Shown here: positions 45,003 to 57,402 of the stretch, piece by piece
Layout: each line of letters starts with the position of its first letter
Numbering within the stretch: the first letter of the stretch is position 1
Assembly: GCA_000388065.2 (NCBI GenBank)
Contig: KB932202.1
Origin: Fonticula alba ATCC 38817
Lineage: Eukaryota > Protista > Nucleariida
Direction: 5' to 3' (one strand)
Length of the DNA: 64,000 bases
Notes under the pieces: model-generated
Databases searched by the model: none
What the model saw: only the letters and a program-made list of their open reading frames with translations
Told to the model about the DNA's origin: nothing
Position numbers and translations under genes: made by a program

Positions 45003-46224
45003 ATGCTCTTTGCCCCGGAGCTCGCCCCCCTGGACCCGGCCACCTCGCCCTACGGCCTGGCCACGCCGGCACACCTGGCCCTCCTTCGAAAATTCGGTCT
45101 CGGCTTCCTCCCCACCGGGCAAATGGTCCATCCCCATCCGGATTCCATCCCTGCCTGGCTTTTGGAAGAGTGCCCAGGCCTGCGGGACCCGGTGGCTTTG
45201 TCGAAGTCCATGCCTAAGGTGGACTTGGAGGCCCTGGCCCCGGTGGCTGCCCCGGGCCCGGATGCCCCGCCATTGGCGAGCCTGACGCTGGAATTGGGCA
45301 GCCCCTTCACTTTCGATGTGTTCGGGGGCCGGCATGGCGAAAACCAAGCGCGCTACGAGCAGATCGGCGATGTGGTGGCCCTGCACGTGGAGTGGCTCCT
45401 GATGCTGCCGCCCTTCGGCCTGACCCTGGGCACGGTCCCCCTGCCGGGGAAGGTCCCGGTGTCGGCCTTTTTGGATGCCTCCCCTCGGGAACTGGAGCTC
45501 CTCCGGTCGCGCATCTACTTTTCCCCGAACTACGCCACCTGCGAGCGACTGGTGGTTCTCATCCAGGGAAAGGGGGCAGTGCGTCCGGGCCAGTGGGCTC
45601 GGAGCCTGATCATGAACGACAACATGGAGGCCGGTGCCATTTTCCCGTATTTGCGGGAAATCTTCGCGCGGGGTCTGGGCGTGATCGTTCTCAACCCCAA
45701 CAACAACCATGTCGAGTTCCCCGGCGCCAAGCGCCTGGTATGTGTTGACTTTCGCCTTTGCGCCATCTGGCGATCCCCAGCTCACCTGAGACTCCACCCT
45801 GCTCCCTTCAACCCACTAGCCGATCCCCGGCAGCGAGAATGCCATCGCCCACACGCTCTATGTGTGGGAGAACTTCATCCGGTGCGCGCGCCCCCCCCCC
45901 CCTCCCTGTCCTTGCCCCTTGCTCCCCACATCCTGTCCTTCCCTGTCCTGGCTGTTTTTCGCCGGTAACTTCCTCTGACACACGCACACGCACCCCGTCT
46001 CCCTTGTATGCTACTCAGTCCCGCTGCCTGCTCGTCCATCGACTTTGTTGTGCATAGCTTTGGCGGTGTGTGCGCCGTGGAGCTTCTCGCCAAGATCGAG
46101 CACCGCCGTGACTTCAAGCGCATCAACCAGGTTCTGTTCACAGACTCCTTCCACGATGATGATGTCCTGCCCCGGTCCACCCGGGTGTGGCTTTCCAAGG
46201 TGCGTGAATATTCCTCCTCCTCCT

Positions 46225-46265
<41 letters not shown>

Positions 46266-46512
46266 CACCTCTCCCCGCTGCGCCCATCCCCCACTCACAC
46301 ACAATGTAACCCCCACCGCACGACAGAACTCGGTCAACTTTGCCGCCTCTACTCTCCCGGCCGGGACCAAAATCGGCCGCCCCAGCGAAGGGGCACTCCA
46401 GGTGTCCGCCGGCCATCCCCGCCATGAGTACTCTTCCTGCAAGGCCATGTCCATGGTCATGGCCTGCCTCATGGACAAGGCCCAGTTCCGCCAGCAGTTC
46501 GAGCGGCGCTAG
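45003..46512 (+). CDS. FAM172A: FAM172A/ARB2-family alpha/beta-hydrolase-fold protein (Argonaute-associated co-regulator family), 4 exons
   Basis: NQARYEQIGD; RLVVLIQGKGAVRPGQWARSLIMND..GAIFPYL..GLGVIVLNPN; PGSENAIAHTLYVWENFI; FVVHSFGGVCAVEL; VLFTDSFH; QVSAGHPRHEYSS. All are FAM172A/Arb2 motifs. Confidence 0.9.
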
Positions 46513-46999
46513 TTCCTTCTCCCCGCCTGATGGCAGGGGACTAGCCAGCGGGTCAAAGCCACTTTCTTCTCCCCGTGTTCCTCCCCATCCGGATGGAGGT
46601 GGGTGTATGAATAGTACTGCCTTTTCCATTCCCAAAACGAGTCTCCCCCCCCCCCCCCCTCCCCCACATACACACAAACACACACACACACACACACACA
46701 CAGTGACCGGATGATGTCTCTTTCTTCGGTGCTGTCTCCTTGCGTCCTGCCTTCCGCGCCTTGGGGCCGGCCGATGGTGCGGGGCGCCGCCCCCGTCTGC
46801 GATCCCCCTGCCTGGGGCAGGGTCGTTGGCTGTGTGCTGGGAAATGCCATGTAGATCACGTGCCAGAAGGGAGTCATGGGCAGAGGCGCCACCGCCACGC
46901 CTGCGATCGGCCCGATCTGCGATCTGCTCGAAGGGCCCCCCGGCCTGGTGTGCCCGGGCGCCAGGAGGCACACTGCCCGGGGGTGGTGGCGATGAAGGT

Positions 47000-47063
<64 letters not shown>
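47000..47063 (+). repeat. 64-nt poly-G homopolymer
   Basis: Directly visible. Lies about 155 bp upstream of the putative XPC ATG at 47219. Confidence 0.9.
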
Positions 47064-47065
<2 letters not shown>

Positions 47066-47218
47066 GTAAAAAGATGACAAGCCCCAGGCGATCTTTCAGC
47101 ATATTCCCAGCCCCTGGCCCCCCCCCCCTCTATTGCATGTCCTGCCTGACTCCCCTCTTCCTGCATTCTCACCAAACCACCGATCTTCAACTCGCTCTCC
47201 CTCCGTTTCGCCTGTTCG

Positions 47219-50200
47219 ATGCCCCCGCGGACGAGACGCTCTGTGACGGCGGCGGCGACGGCGGCGGCGACGACGGCCGCGGCCGAACAGGGTTCCGATG
47301 CGTCATCCGCTCCCGCTGCCCCTGCCACCCCATCCACCACAGTGGTGGAGCTCCTCTCCGATCCAGCTTGGATGTCGGACAGTGAGTTCGGGGGTGGACA
47401 TGCCTTCCACGCGGAAAAGGGCTTCAGCATCCTGGCTAGCCCCCAGCGTGCCCCCACCGGTCGAGTCCTGCGTCCCCGGCGGGCGAACCCCCCCACCGAG
47501 GTGATCAGTTTGCTGACCCCGCGGACTTCCCTGCCCCCTCGGCACCAGCAGCCCCCGCCTGGGCCGCCCCCACCGTGCGCATACCCTCGACCACTTGCTT
47601 GCTCGGCCTTCCATCGTGGGGATCCCCCTTGTCTCACGCGTGCCTCTGTTGGCTTTCTCTTCAGATCTACGGCGCTCCCCATGGCCGAGGCCAGCCACCT
47701 TGGCAGTGGCAGCGATGGGGATGACGACGAATTCGAGGACGTCGATGTCATATCGCCGGCGGCAGCCCCGGCCGAGCCGACCCTGTCGCAGCATCTTCGC
47801 GGGATCTTCGACGGGGCGCACCTCGATGATCTGGCCGCGGTCCTTGGGCATGTGTCGGCTCCGGATCCCCCTGTTGAGGCCAGGCCCGAGGATGGGCCCG
47901 CGACGCCGGTGGCCCCGGGTCCGGCTGCTCCGCGGCATGTTGCCATGCCCTTCTCGCTGCCGGGGCTTCTGACGCCGGTCCGGCCTCAAGCCGGGCTTGA
48001 CCCCGCCGCGGCGGTGACCCCGCTTGTGTCGCAGCCCTCTGACGAGAGCCAGAGCCAGCTCTTTTCCCCGACTCCCGGGGGGAACATCCTTTTCCAGGGC
48101 TCTTCGCAAACTGAAATCACCCACCCGACCTGTGCGGACGAGGGCGCACAGCATGTTCGCCTTGTCGGTGCTCTGGTGTTTCTGACGCGTGGCATCCTCC
48201 GCACCAGGGCCGCTGGCGCTCTGCAGGTGTGTCTCCCCTCGGACGTTGGTGCCGCTTGCTTTTCGCCATCGGTCTGACGCCCATGCCCCCCCCCCCCCCC
48301 TGCCCCGGGACTCTTGCCGATGCACCGAGCAGACGCGAATGGCCCACCGGCTGTACCTCCTCTGTCGGGCGCAGCTCGGGCTCTCCTTGCCGGTGGTAGC
48401 CACCCGACTGGGGGCCCTGTCGGATGTCGAGGCTTTGTCGATGGAGTTGCCATGGCGCCGCGCGTCGCACTCGGGCGTCCCCGAGGCCCCCGGCATTGCC
48501 AGTCAGGTTGGGCCCTTGTTGTTTGTCTTCCATCGCTTGATGGAGTCCTTGCAGGCCTGTGCCTCATGGAAGACCTGGTCCTGCCCAGCATGTGCCCTGG
48601 ATCCGAATCCCGCCAACAAACTCCTCGGCACCCCGGTGCCTGGGTCGCCGGCCGCGTCGCACGATGCCGCCCTCCTTGCTGCTGACTTGGGCTGGCATTG
48701 GCCCGCGCCCGGGGCCAGCGAATGCTGCCGCTCCCGGTCGGGGCAAAGCGCCCCCCCTCCCGGTGTGCACCGCCTCTTTGAGGCCGATCCCGATGCGGCC
48801 TTCCTCCGGGCACTGGTTCGTGTCCCTTCACCCTGGTATATGGTTGTCTTTCCAGTCTATTGACGGCTCTCGCTTGACTTGCTTCTCGCCCTCCCTTCCG
48901 CCTCTGTCTCGCCCTCCCCCAACCACAGTTGTTTGCCAGCCTGGTCGTCTCGCTGCCGGGCGTGCGGGCGCGCACGGTGCTTGCCTTGCCGGGGCTTGAG
49001 GATGATGCACCTCTGCCTCAGGCAGGCTTTAGTTTCCCCTCGTCTGTTTGGACCCCCTCAGGCGCCCTGCACGCTGAGCCGCCATCGAAGTGCGACCCTC
49101 TCTCCCTATTTCTCTCTCGCCCTCGCCCTCGCCCTCGCCCTCGCCCTCGCCCTCGCCCTCGCCCTCGCCCTCGCCCTCGCCCTCGCCCTCGATGCTTGCC
49201 CAGCTCATCGCTTACTCGCATATCCCCTTTTCGGCTTGCTCAAGTCAACCCGATCCGCAGGCGAGTGCCGGCCTAGCTGCAGCTCTGGCGCGTGGTGTAC
49301 CCACCGTTTGGGTGGAAATGTGGTGCCCTGACACCCACGTGTGGATTTGTGCGTCCGCATTACCCATGGCCCCCTTGGCTATTTTCCCCTGCTGACCTGA
49401 CCTCACCTGTCACCCCTCTCTCGGACCCAGTGGCCGATGTCGATCGCGGGGTGGCTGGCTTGACGGAGCGCAGTATGCTCATTCCCCCAGACCCATCCTC
49501 CCCGGCGCGCTCGCCGACCAAGCGCCCGAGAGGTTCCAAGTCGCCGAGCCTCAAGCCGGTCGACGCCCCGACCCGGCCGGTGGTGTGGCTTGCCTTCGAG
49601 GCGACCTCCTCCGGGGCTGTTCGCTTGCTGGACCTGACCCATCTTTGCCGGCAAACGGCCGAGCAGTTGTACCACACCTTCGAGACTGACGGCACTCCGA
49701 TGCCGGGTGAGGGGGACGCACGCCGGGCATGGTTCGGTGCCCCTGTCCGGCCACATGATCCGGCCGACATCCTGCGCCTTCCCCTGCCCCCATGGTATGT
49801 GGTGGCCGAGCGGGCCCTGGCCGAGGGGGAGCCAGTGTCGGCCGACCGGCCGTATCCCCCCTTCGTGGTGACGCCCGCCCGGGCGGCGGCCATTTGCCAT
49901 CGTCTTCCGGGATTCTACACGGCCTTTTCGCAGCGCGTGAGCCCGACTCTCCCGGCTTGGGTGGAGATCGACCATGCGCGAGCCTTCTCCTCGAACCAGC
50001 CGACGGCTGCGCCCTGCCGCGGGCCATGCGGCACCCTGGCCGCCATCGGGCCGGTCCCCATCGAGCAAGACGAGTCGGACCTTCGTCGTCACACCTTCTC
50101 TGGGCTGGCATTGACGGCCGGGCACCTGGTGGCCGGGGTCCCGGCCGCGCGTGGGCTTTTGGCCGCCATGACGGTCGTCGATCGGCGTTTGGTGCTTGAT

Positions 50201-51737
50201 GATTTGGCCCGGGCCCTGGAGGCCGAGGCCGCTCGCAGGCACCCCCTCTCGGCCTTGGACTCCCTGCTGGCGGATCTTGCCCGCGGGGGTCTGTCCTGCG
50301 GAGGGCCGCTCATCAGCCGGCTGGATGTGCACGTGCGTGCGCGCAGCGTCCTGCCATGCCCTTTTGTGTGCCTTTTCCTTTCCTCGTTCCCCATTCTGAC
50401 GCAGAGATGGTGGTGCTCCCGCATCAGGGCCCCGATGCATTGGACTTGGCCCTGCCTCCGGGCTTCGTGCTGCGGCTCCTCCGCCGGACGTCGCTGCACC
50501 CGCCGCCGACCACCGTGTCCAAGCTCCGGAATCACCCCCAGTACGTGCCTCATCCCCCGGGCCCCTCCTTTGCCTTTGTCCTGACATGTGTCCCCTCATC
50601 CTGCGCTGTGCCGCAGCTATTCAGTTCGCTATCAGATGCGCAAATACGAGGAGCTGTGCCCCGGGGCTCGGCCCGTCGGCCGGGTGGAGCTTCGACTTTC
50701 CGGGCAAGCCGTGGAGCTGGCCCTTTCCGGTCGGGCTGGCCCCTCGGACGCCGCGACCACCGATGCCCTGACCGCTGCCTTCCCCGATGGAGCCCACTCG
50801 CCAGGCAGTCCATCTTCCTCTCGGTCAGCCAAGTCTCGCCTGTTTGACTCGGTTTCCCTGCCCAAGGCGGCGGCGTCCAGCTCGAAGGGCTCGGCGCCGG
50901 TGAGACGCCCGTCCGCCAAATCCCCCCCCTCGCAGCCCTCGCGCCCTCGACGCAAGCGAGCCGCCACTCGGTCCCTCCGTGAGCTGGATTCCGAGGAGTC
51001 CGAAGAGGACGACGGGCAGTCTCGATCGCCGGAGCGCCCGCCCTCGCGCACCATCAGCGCCTCCCCGGCCTCCGGGTCGCAGCTCGGCCTGCCTTTCTTC
51101 CAAACGTCGCCCAGCTCGTCACCTGCCTCGATCACCCAGGCCGGCAAGACGACCACCGTTTTGCTGGATGTCTACCGGCGGAGTGATGTGGTTTTGGTCC
51201 GTCATCTTCCCCCCAAGCGTCCCGTTACTTCGAATATGTTCCCGCCCCTTTGGTTGGCTCTCGCCCCCCACTCTCGATCTTGCCTTCCCTCTCCCCCTTC
51301 GCCTCTCTTTCTCCTGTCTCCTCCATGGGTCCCCCACTCACGCCCCGAACCGACGTAGCTCAATACCCGCGCCGGCTGGCACAAGCAGGGGCGCCAGGTG
51401 CGCCCTGGCGAGCGGTCATACAAACTTGTCCGGGCGGTGGGTGCCGGCAGCCCGGACCGGCCGGCAGCCGAGACGCCTCCACGTCGGCGCCCCCGTCTTG
51501 GGGATCCTGCCTCGCCGTCGGATGTTGGACCGCTCGGCTTGCACAATCCGGACCCCTTGATCCCGGGGATGGTTGCCCTTTTTGGGGAATGGCAGACCGA
51601 GCCCTTCAGCCTGCCGCGTGTGGCCACCACCGAAGAGGGCAAGGTTCGTGCATGAAAGCAGCCTGCGCGCCCTGCCTGTCCATGTCCACTAACATTGGGT
51701 CTTCCCTTGTACCTCCCTTCTCTCTCGCTCTCGCTCG

Positions 51738-51791
<54 letters not shown>

Positions 51792-51945
51792 CNNNNNNNN
51801 NNNNNNNNNNNNNNNNNNNNNNNNNNNNNNNNNNNNNNNNNNNNNNNNNNNNNNNNNNNNNNNNNNNNNNNNNNNNNNNNNNNNNNNNNNNNNNNNNNNN
51901 NNNNNNNNNNNNNNNNNNNNNNNNNNNNNNNNNNNNNNNNNNNNN

Positions 51946-51976
<31 letters not shown>

Positions 51977-52982
51977 GCTCTCTCGCTCGCTCTCCCTCTC
52001 TCTCTCTCTCGCTCGCTCTCCCTCCCTCTCTCTCTCTCTCGCTCGCTCTCCCTCTCTCTCTCTCTCTCGCTCGCTCGCTCGCTCTCTCTCTTCCTTCCAC
52101 TTCCCCACTTCAGCTGATTGTCCCGCGGAATGCCTTCGGCAATGTGGATCTCTTCCGGCCATGCATGCTCCCGATTGGGTGCCTGTGGATCCGCGGTGCG
52201 TGGTAAATGCGCTCTTCCGTCCGGCCCTGGAGCAAATTCCTGGGCTTCCAGTCCTGCTGCACTCGCTGATCCTCCCCATCCCCTCCCTTGCATGCAGATG
52301 TCTCGGCTGCTCGCATCGCGCGAGACATGGAGGTCGACTTCGTTGAGGCGGTGGTGCGTTGTCTCAGCGCATGATGTCCACACCATCCCCACTGGGTCGA
52401 TGGGGGAACTAACCATTTGGGGCCCCCTGTGCGGCCTCTCCTCGTCTCGCATCCACAGGTGGACTTCTCTTTCCGTGGCCGGACCTCCTTCCCGGTGACA
52501 CGCGGGATCATTGTCGCCGAGTCCCACGCCGAGCGCCTGATCGATGTGCGTCTGCCTCCTCCCGCAATCCGACCCGCGCCTCGACCCGCGCTCTGACCCG
52601 CGTCTCGCCCTCTTCCCTGCGCCCTTCCAATCCCACGTCAAAGGCCATCATCCAGTCCCGGGCGCGACGTGCTCAGCGCGAGCAGGCCCGCACCGCCACC
52701 CAGAGTACCCGCCAGTGGGGAGAATTTCTGCAACGCGTGGTGCAGCTCCACCGGCGAGTTCGTCTGCTCGGCCTTGGCCCGGAGTTTTACACCCTCAACC
52801 CGATTGTCATCGGAATGCGGTACAGTCACGTCCAGCCCGATCTGTCCCTGACGGCGGCGGCTCTGGCCGGCGGGCGAGCGGCTCTGGCCGAGCATGCCGG
52901 CAACCCGGCCGCCGTGTGGGACCAAGAGGAGGACGCACCGCTGGGCGGTGGCGCCGCCGAGGACGACTGGGGTCTCTTCTGA
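47219..52982 (+). CDS. XPC: Nucleotide excision repair damage sensor XPC/RAD4 (many exons; start codon tentative)
   Basis: Transglutaminase-like region: LFASLVVSLPGVRARTVLAL and PTVWVEMWC..VW. BHD1-3 region: KLRNHPQY..QMRKYEEL, DVYRRSDV|LNTRAGWHKQGRQVRPGERSYKLV, LFGEWQTEPF, VPRNAFGNVDLF..MLPIGC, DFSFRGRTSFPVTRGIIV, and a final helix RQWGEFLQRV. Confidence 0.9.
49116..49191 (+). repeat. (CTCGCC)n hexanucleotide microsatellite, about 12.5 copies, in an XPC intron
   Basis: Directly visible perfect repeat. Confidence 0.92.
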
Positions 52983-53900
52983 CTGCCGATCCTCGCCTCC
53001 TTCCATGTGTAATATACGCGGCTGTTGCCTGCCCGATCTCCTTCGTGCCGATGCCGAACACCCGACTTCGCCCACAACGAGTCACGTGCCCGGGCCGATC
53101 GAGGGTCTTTGACCTGGGCACGGGCCGGGGCGCGGAGGACGTCCCCCGCTGGGCCTGGGTCTTGGGCGGCCCTCGAGAATGGCCGCCTGCCCGCCCGGCC
53201 CTGGGGCCATCGTCGCCCGACATGGAGAGTCCCAAAAATGCCGGCTCCCGGGCAAGGGGACACGCGCCGGAGGCAATGACCCGCTGTAGGCTGCCAGCCA
53301 GGCTACACCTCACTGGGCGTCCAGACGTCCAGCAAGATGGGGCGAAGGGGAGGACCACCCCCTGGAAAGAAGGGGGCCGGGTTGGATAAAGCTCAAGTGC
53401 CGGCGGCGACCGGAGATCGCCCCCCCCAGCGCCAAAGGCCAGCATGCACAGAGAAGGTTGAAAGTGAATCGACCCTCCGAGCATCTGCCATCCCCTTCGA
53501 GCCTCCGCCGCGCGGGGGGCCAGGCGCCCCGGCTTATGGGGGATGGCACTGCGAAGACAAGTGCGGGTGTCTTTGCGGAGGTGGCGCTTCCCGTCGTTCT
53601 GTGACGCCTCCCCAATCCAGAATTAAAGATCAAGCTCTCGAGTATCATCTGCGTGATCACCTGCTCGACAGGGATTCTGGTGATGATGTCCCCCCCCCCC
53701 CGCCAACAAGGGGGAATCTGCACGGGCGTGAGTCTGCCCTTCTCAGGCACCTTGAAGGGAGCCTGCGTTGAAAGCGCGCCCACTGTCTGAGTATTCTCAC
53801 CCAAGAACTCATCCTCCCTCCCCTGTGTCACCCACGCTTGCTCCCCCCTCCCATCCTCGTCCATCCTTCCCATTCCCCTTTCCCACCTACGAACACATCC

Positions 53901-54857
53901 ATGCTCCGCCGCCTCGCCGCCCTCGTGCCTGGGAAGGCCCTGCCACCCGGCACGACTCCCGCCTCTGGCGGGAATGTCTTTTCTCGTTCGGCTCAGTCCG
54001 CCCTCACGGCCCTGAAGGAAATGGTCGACGGCAAGGTATGCCTTCTCCCTCCCTCTCTCCCTCCCTCCCTCTCTCTCTCTCCCTCTCTCTCTCTCCCTCT
54101 CCCCCTCTCGCTCTCCCTCTCTCGCTCTCCCTCTCTCGCTCTCTCTCCCTCCCTCTCTCCCTGTCTCTCCCTCTCGCCCTTCCTCTTTCTGACATGCACA
54201 CGCGCCTCATTGCCAGGACACCCACTTGGTGGGCACCGACCAGTATGGCAATGAGTACTACGAGTCGCCGCCGCCAAACCCCCCGGGCCGGCCCCGACGC
54301 AAGGTGGTCCCCAAGGGGATGAACCCGCGCGATGTGTACCTCTACGAGTCTGGGTCCCTGCCGGTCCAGTGGCACTCGTGGCTGACGCACCGGCGGGCGG
54401 TTCCCCCTACCCTGGAGGAGATCGCCCGCGACGAGCAGCGCCGACTCGATATCCAGGAGCGAGCGCGCCTGATCGACCAGCACTGGCGCGAGGTCAAGGC
54501 TCAGGGTACGATCTCTTTGGGCTTGTCCTGCTTCCCGCTCCCCTGTCCTCCTCGCCTGCTGTCCCCCCCCCCNNNNNNNNNNNNNNNNNNNNNNNNNNNN
54601 NNNNNNNNNNNNNNNNNNNNNNNNNNNNNNNNNNNNNNCCCGCCCCCTACCTCCCGCCGATGTCTCCTGGGGTGGGCAGCACTCCGGAGGCTGTGGCCGC
54701 GCGCGAGGCCCGTGCCCAGGCGGCCGCCCCGCCCCCCGTCTCCAGCCCCGAGTATGATCCCATCCTGCCGGTGAAGGAGCTGGTCACCTCGCAGTCTCTG
54801 CCGAGCGAGACCTACCAGCCGGAAGCCTGGACCCCGGGGAAGCCCAACAAGCAGTAG
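53901..54857 (+). CDS. NDUFAF2: NDUFA12-family protein, most like complex I assembly factor NDUFAF2/mimitin (3 exons; one intron contains a gap)
   Basis: HLVGTDQYGNEYYE, LPVQWHSWLTHRRAVPPTLEEI..DEQRR, and C-terminal ETYQPEAWTPG. The PPTxEEI motif and the terminal xQPxxWxP motif favour NDUFAF2 over NDUFA12. Arg-rich N-terminus (MLRRLAALV) looks like a mitochondrial presequence. Confidence 0.82.
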
Positions 54858-55631
54858 AGCCGCGCGCGCGCGTTCCTGCGAGCATCTGCCCTGGCGCTTC
54901 GTCAGCTTCTCCTTTTCGTCCTTCTCCTCGTCCCGACTGGGGGGTCTCTGCCCGTCCCCGTTGCCAGCTTGGGTGTGCCCCTTCCTGCCCCGGCTCCGAT
55001 CAAAATACACATACCTTTAGACCAAAACCCGGGCATGCGAGAGGAGCGTCTCCCACCGTCTGGCCAAGGGAAAGATTCAGGGGGGGGGGGGGAGGCGCGG
55101 ACGCGCGGTTCGACAAACACGTTCGCAATCTGGCCCCCGAAAGTGCTCGCAGACGTGGATCGCGCTCCGGCAGGGCACAGGGGGCCTCGGTCGGGGTGTG
55201 CTGCCAACGCAGACACACGCTGAACACCAGATCGCCGGCCAATCGGCCCGGCAGCTCGTCCCGGGGTGATAGCTCTTGGCGCAGGGCGGGGCGTGGATCA
55301 CGGCCGAATGTCATGTGAGGTCATTCTGTGGGAATCTTAGCCACAAGGTGGACTAGTCCCCCCCCCCCCGGCCCCCCCCGCCCCCTGTTTGCACTTGGCA
55401 GCCTGGGGTCTTCTTCTCCCCTTCACGTTTGCTTGGTCGCCGGGTCCCTGTCGAGACAAGCTCGCGAGGATGAGGCCCGCGATCGCGTGAGCAACGGCAT
55501 GTCGCTCTTCAGGATGCGTGTCGCCGCCTTTGTGGGGATTCGACTCCCCATGCCTCCCTCTCTCTCCCCCCCCCCTCTCCCTTTCTTGTCACCCTCCTGC
55601 ACTCTGCTTGCCCCTGCCTAGCTCCGTGCCC

Positions 55632-56237
55632 ATGGTTCTTCCGTACAAGCGCGCGCCGCGCCTCGCCACCCTTCTCGTGGCCTGGCCGTGGCCTGGCTGG
55701 CCTCGTTGCTGGTCCTGCCGGCGCTGGGACTCGCTGGTGACCCGGTTTACTTTGTGGCCAAGATTGTGCGCCCCCTCCCGCATGGTGCATGCCCTGCCAC
55801 TTGTCGGTACACTAACCATGTCTGTGTGGTGTCACGGCCTTGACACGCGACACGCGGCACGCACAGTTCCCCCTCTGGCTGGTTGTCACGTTCGGCGCCT
55901 ACTCGGGGATTTCCATCGGCTGGGCCCTCTTCATGCTGGAGGATTGCCCCAAGGCCTATGTCCACACCCTCAATGTTCGTGTCCTTCCGGGCAAATGCCC
56001 CGCCCTCTTGTCCTCTTTTCTCTGATGCAGCGGTCGCTCCCCCGAGATGTCCCTCTCTTTCACACACACACACACACACACACCCTCTGCCTGCTGTTGC
56101 CTGACTTGCTCCTTCTCACAACGCCATGCTTCCCCTTTCCGTTCCTCGCGCAGGACATCCTGGCCGCCCGGTCGGATTTGGCCAAGATGGGTGTCAATCT
56201 GGATGCCGGGAAGGTGCCCACCGAGGCCACCGAGTAG
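55632..56237 (+). CDS. DPM3: Dolichol-phosphate mannosyltransferase subunit 3 (5' structure ambiguous; see finding)
   Basis: VAWLASLLVLPALGLAGDPVYFVAKI|FPLWLVVTFGAYSGISIGWALFMLEDCPKAYVHTLN|DILAARSDLAKMGV. Two TM helices followed by the DCP..EI..AR.DL..G coiled coil typical of DPM3. Confidence 0.82.
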   Translation: MVLPYKRAPRLATLLVAWPWPGWPRCWSCRRWDSLVTRFTLWPRLCAPSRMVHALPLVGTLTMSVWCHGLDTRHAARTVPPLAGCHVRRLLGDFHRLGPLHAGGLPQGLCPHPQCSCPSGQMPRPLVLFSLMQRSLPRDVPLFHTHTHTHTLCLLLPDLLLLTTPCFPFPFLAQDILAARSDLAKMGVNLDAGKVPTEATE

Positions 56238-57402
56238 AGGCCACCTCCTTGCCCTGGCCCCTGCACATGTGCGCGATCCTCACATCAAATACACCTTTAC
56301 ACATCCTGCGAGGGTGTTTTTTTCTGCCCCCCTGCTCGCTGGCAGTCGTGTAGGGCAAGTATAAAGATGCAGGCGGCAGGTGGAAGCGGAGACAGACAGC
56401 GGGGCAGACAAGGGAGAGGAGGCGTAGTTATCAGTGTATTTTTGTCTTTTTTGTTTGTTTGTTTGTTTTTTCCCTTTTCGCCCACATCCAGGAGCGCCTT
56501 GTCAGCAGGCGAGCCGGCGCATGGCGGAACGCGAGGGTGTGCCGTGCGCTCCCTCAAATGAGGCAGATGTAGCGGACCAGCTCCAGCGGGAGCCGCGAGA
56601 TGGGGCCCTCGCGGGAGATGGAAGCCGCAGTGAAGAACAGCTGCCGGTACGTGTGGTAGAGGTGCTGGGAAAGCCGACAGCCGAGCAAGGAGAGGTCAGA
56701 GTGGGGACAGGGGAGCAGGACTCACGCGAGCGAGGGCGTACGTTGCGCGCAAGGCGGCGGTGGATGATGTGATGGATGTTGCCCTCCATTGTCACACAGG
56801 GCAGGCGGGCGGAGGAGGACGAGGCAAGAAACGAGAGGGCGAGCTGGCCCAAGGGCGACTTGCAAGGGAGGAGCACGAAACGCAGGGAAGGGAGGGGGGG
56901 GGGGGAGGAGGGCGGGGATGGCTGGAACTGCGCATCAGGTCACTGGTACCATCCTTTCTGATCACCCACTGGCAAAAGGGCACCTCCTCGGGGCAGCTCC
57001 AAAGCAGGAGCAACAGCAGCAGCAGCAGCAAGGCCCCATCTCACTTACACACACGCACAAGCCCAATCGATGATCCTCCATGCCCCATCGGAAGGCGGGC
57101 GGGGGAAAATGGAACGGGACGGGGAGACGTCCGAACGAGGATCACACGCCTCTTCGAGGCATGCCGGCATCCGCGTGGCGTGATCAGTCATGCAATTCTT
57201 GCAGCTACCAACGCTTGGCGCCTGCCCCGACACCCGACACTCCAGGCCCCGGGCCTGGGCCATACACACCCCCGAAGCTGCGGCGCCGGCGTCGTTTGTT
57301 TATTCCCTCTTCTTGGAGGGGGGGGGAACACGACAGCCGGCTCGCACATTGTCGGATCCTGCCCGAGAATCACATCGCTGCATTTCAGCTACCCCACAAT
57401 GC

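Noticed and set aside
53600-53680. AAGATCAAG...AGTATC resembling U2 snRNA, and a nearby CGCTGTA resembling the SRP Alu domain (about 53282)
   Set aside because: The invariant U2 GTGTAGTA and the SRP helix-8 motif are absent; these are short chance matches.
53310-53873. Minus-strand ORF with a protein-like patch (IPVEQVITQMILESLIFNSG)
   Set aside because: No family motif and no convincing exon chain; it lies in the XPC-NDUFAF2 intergenic space.
56400-57400. Several ORFs between DPM3 and the cullin stop
   Set aside because: Low-complexity with no codon bias; probably convergent 3' UTRs or intergenic DNA.
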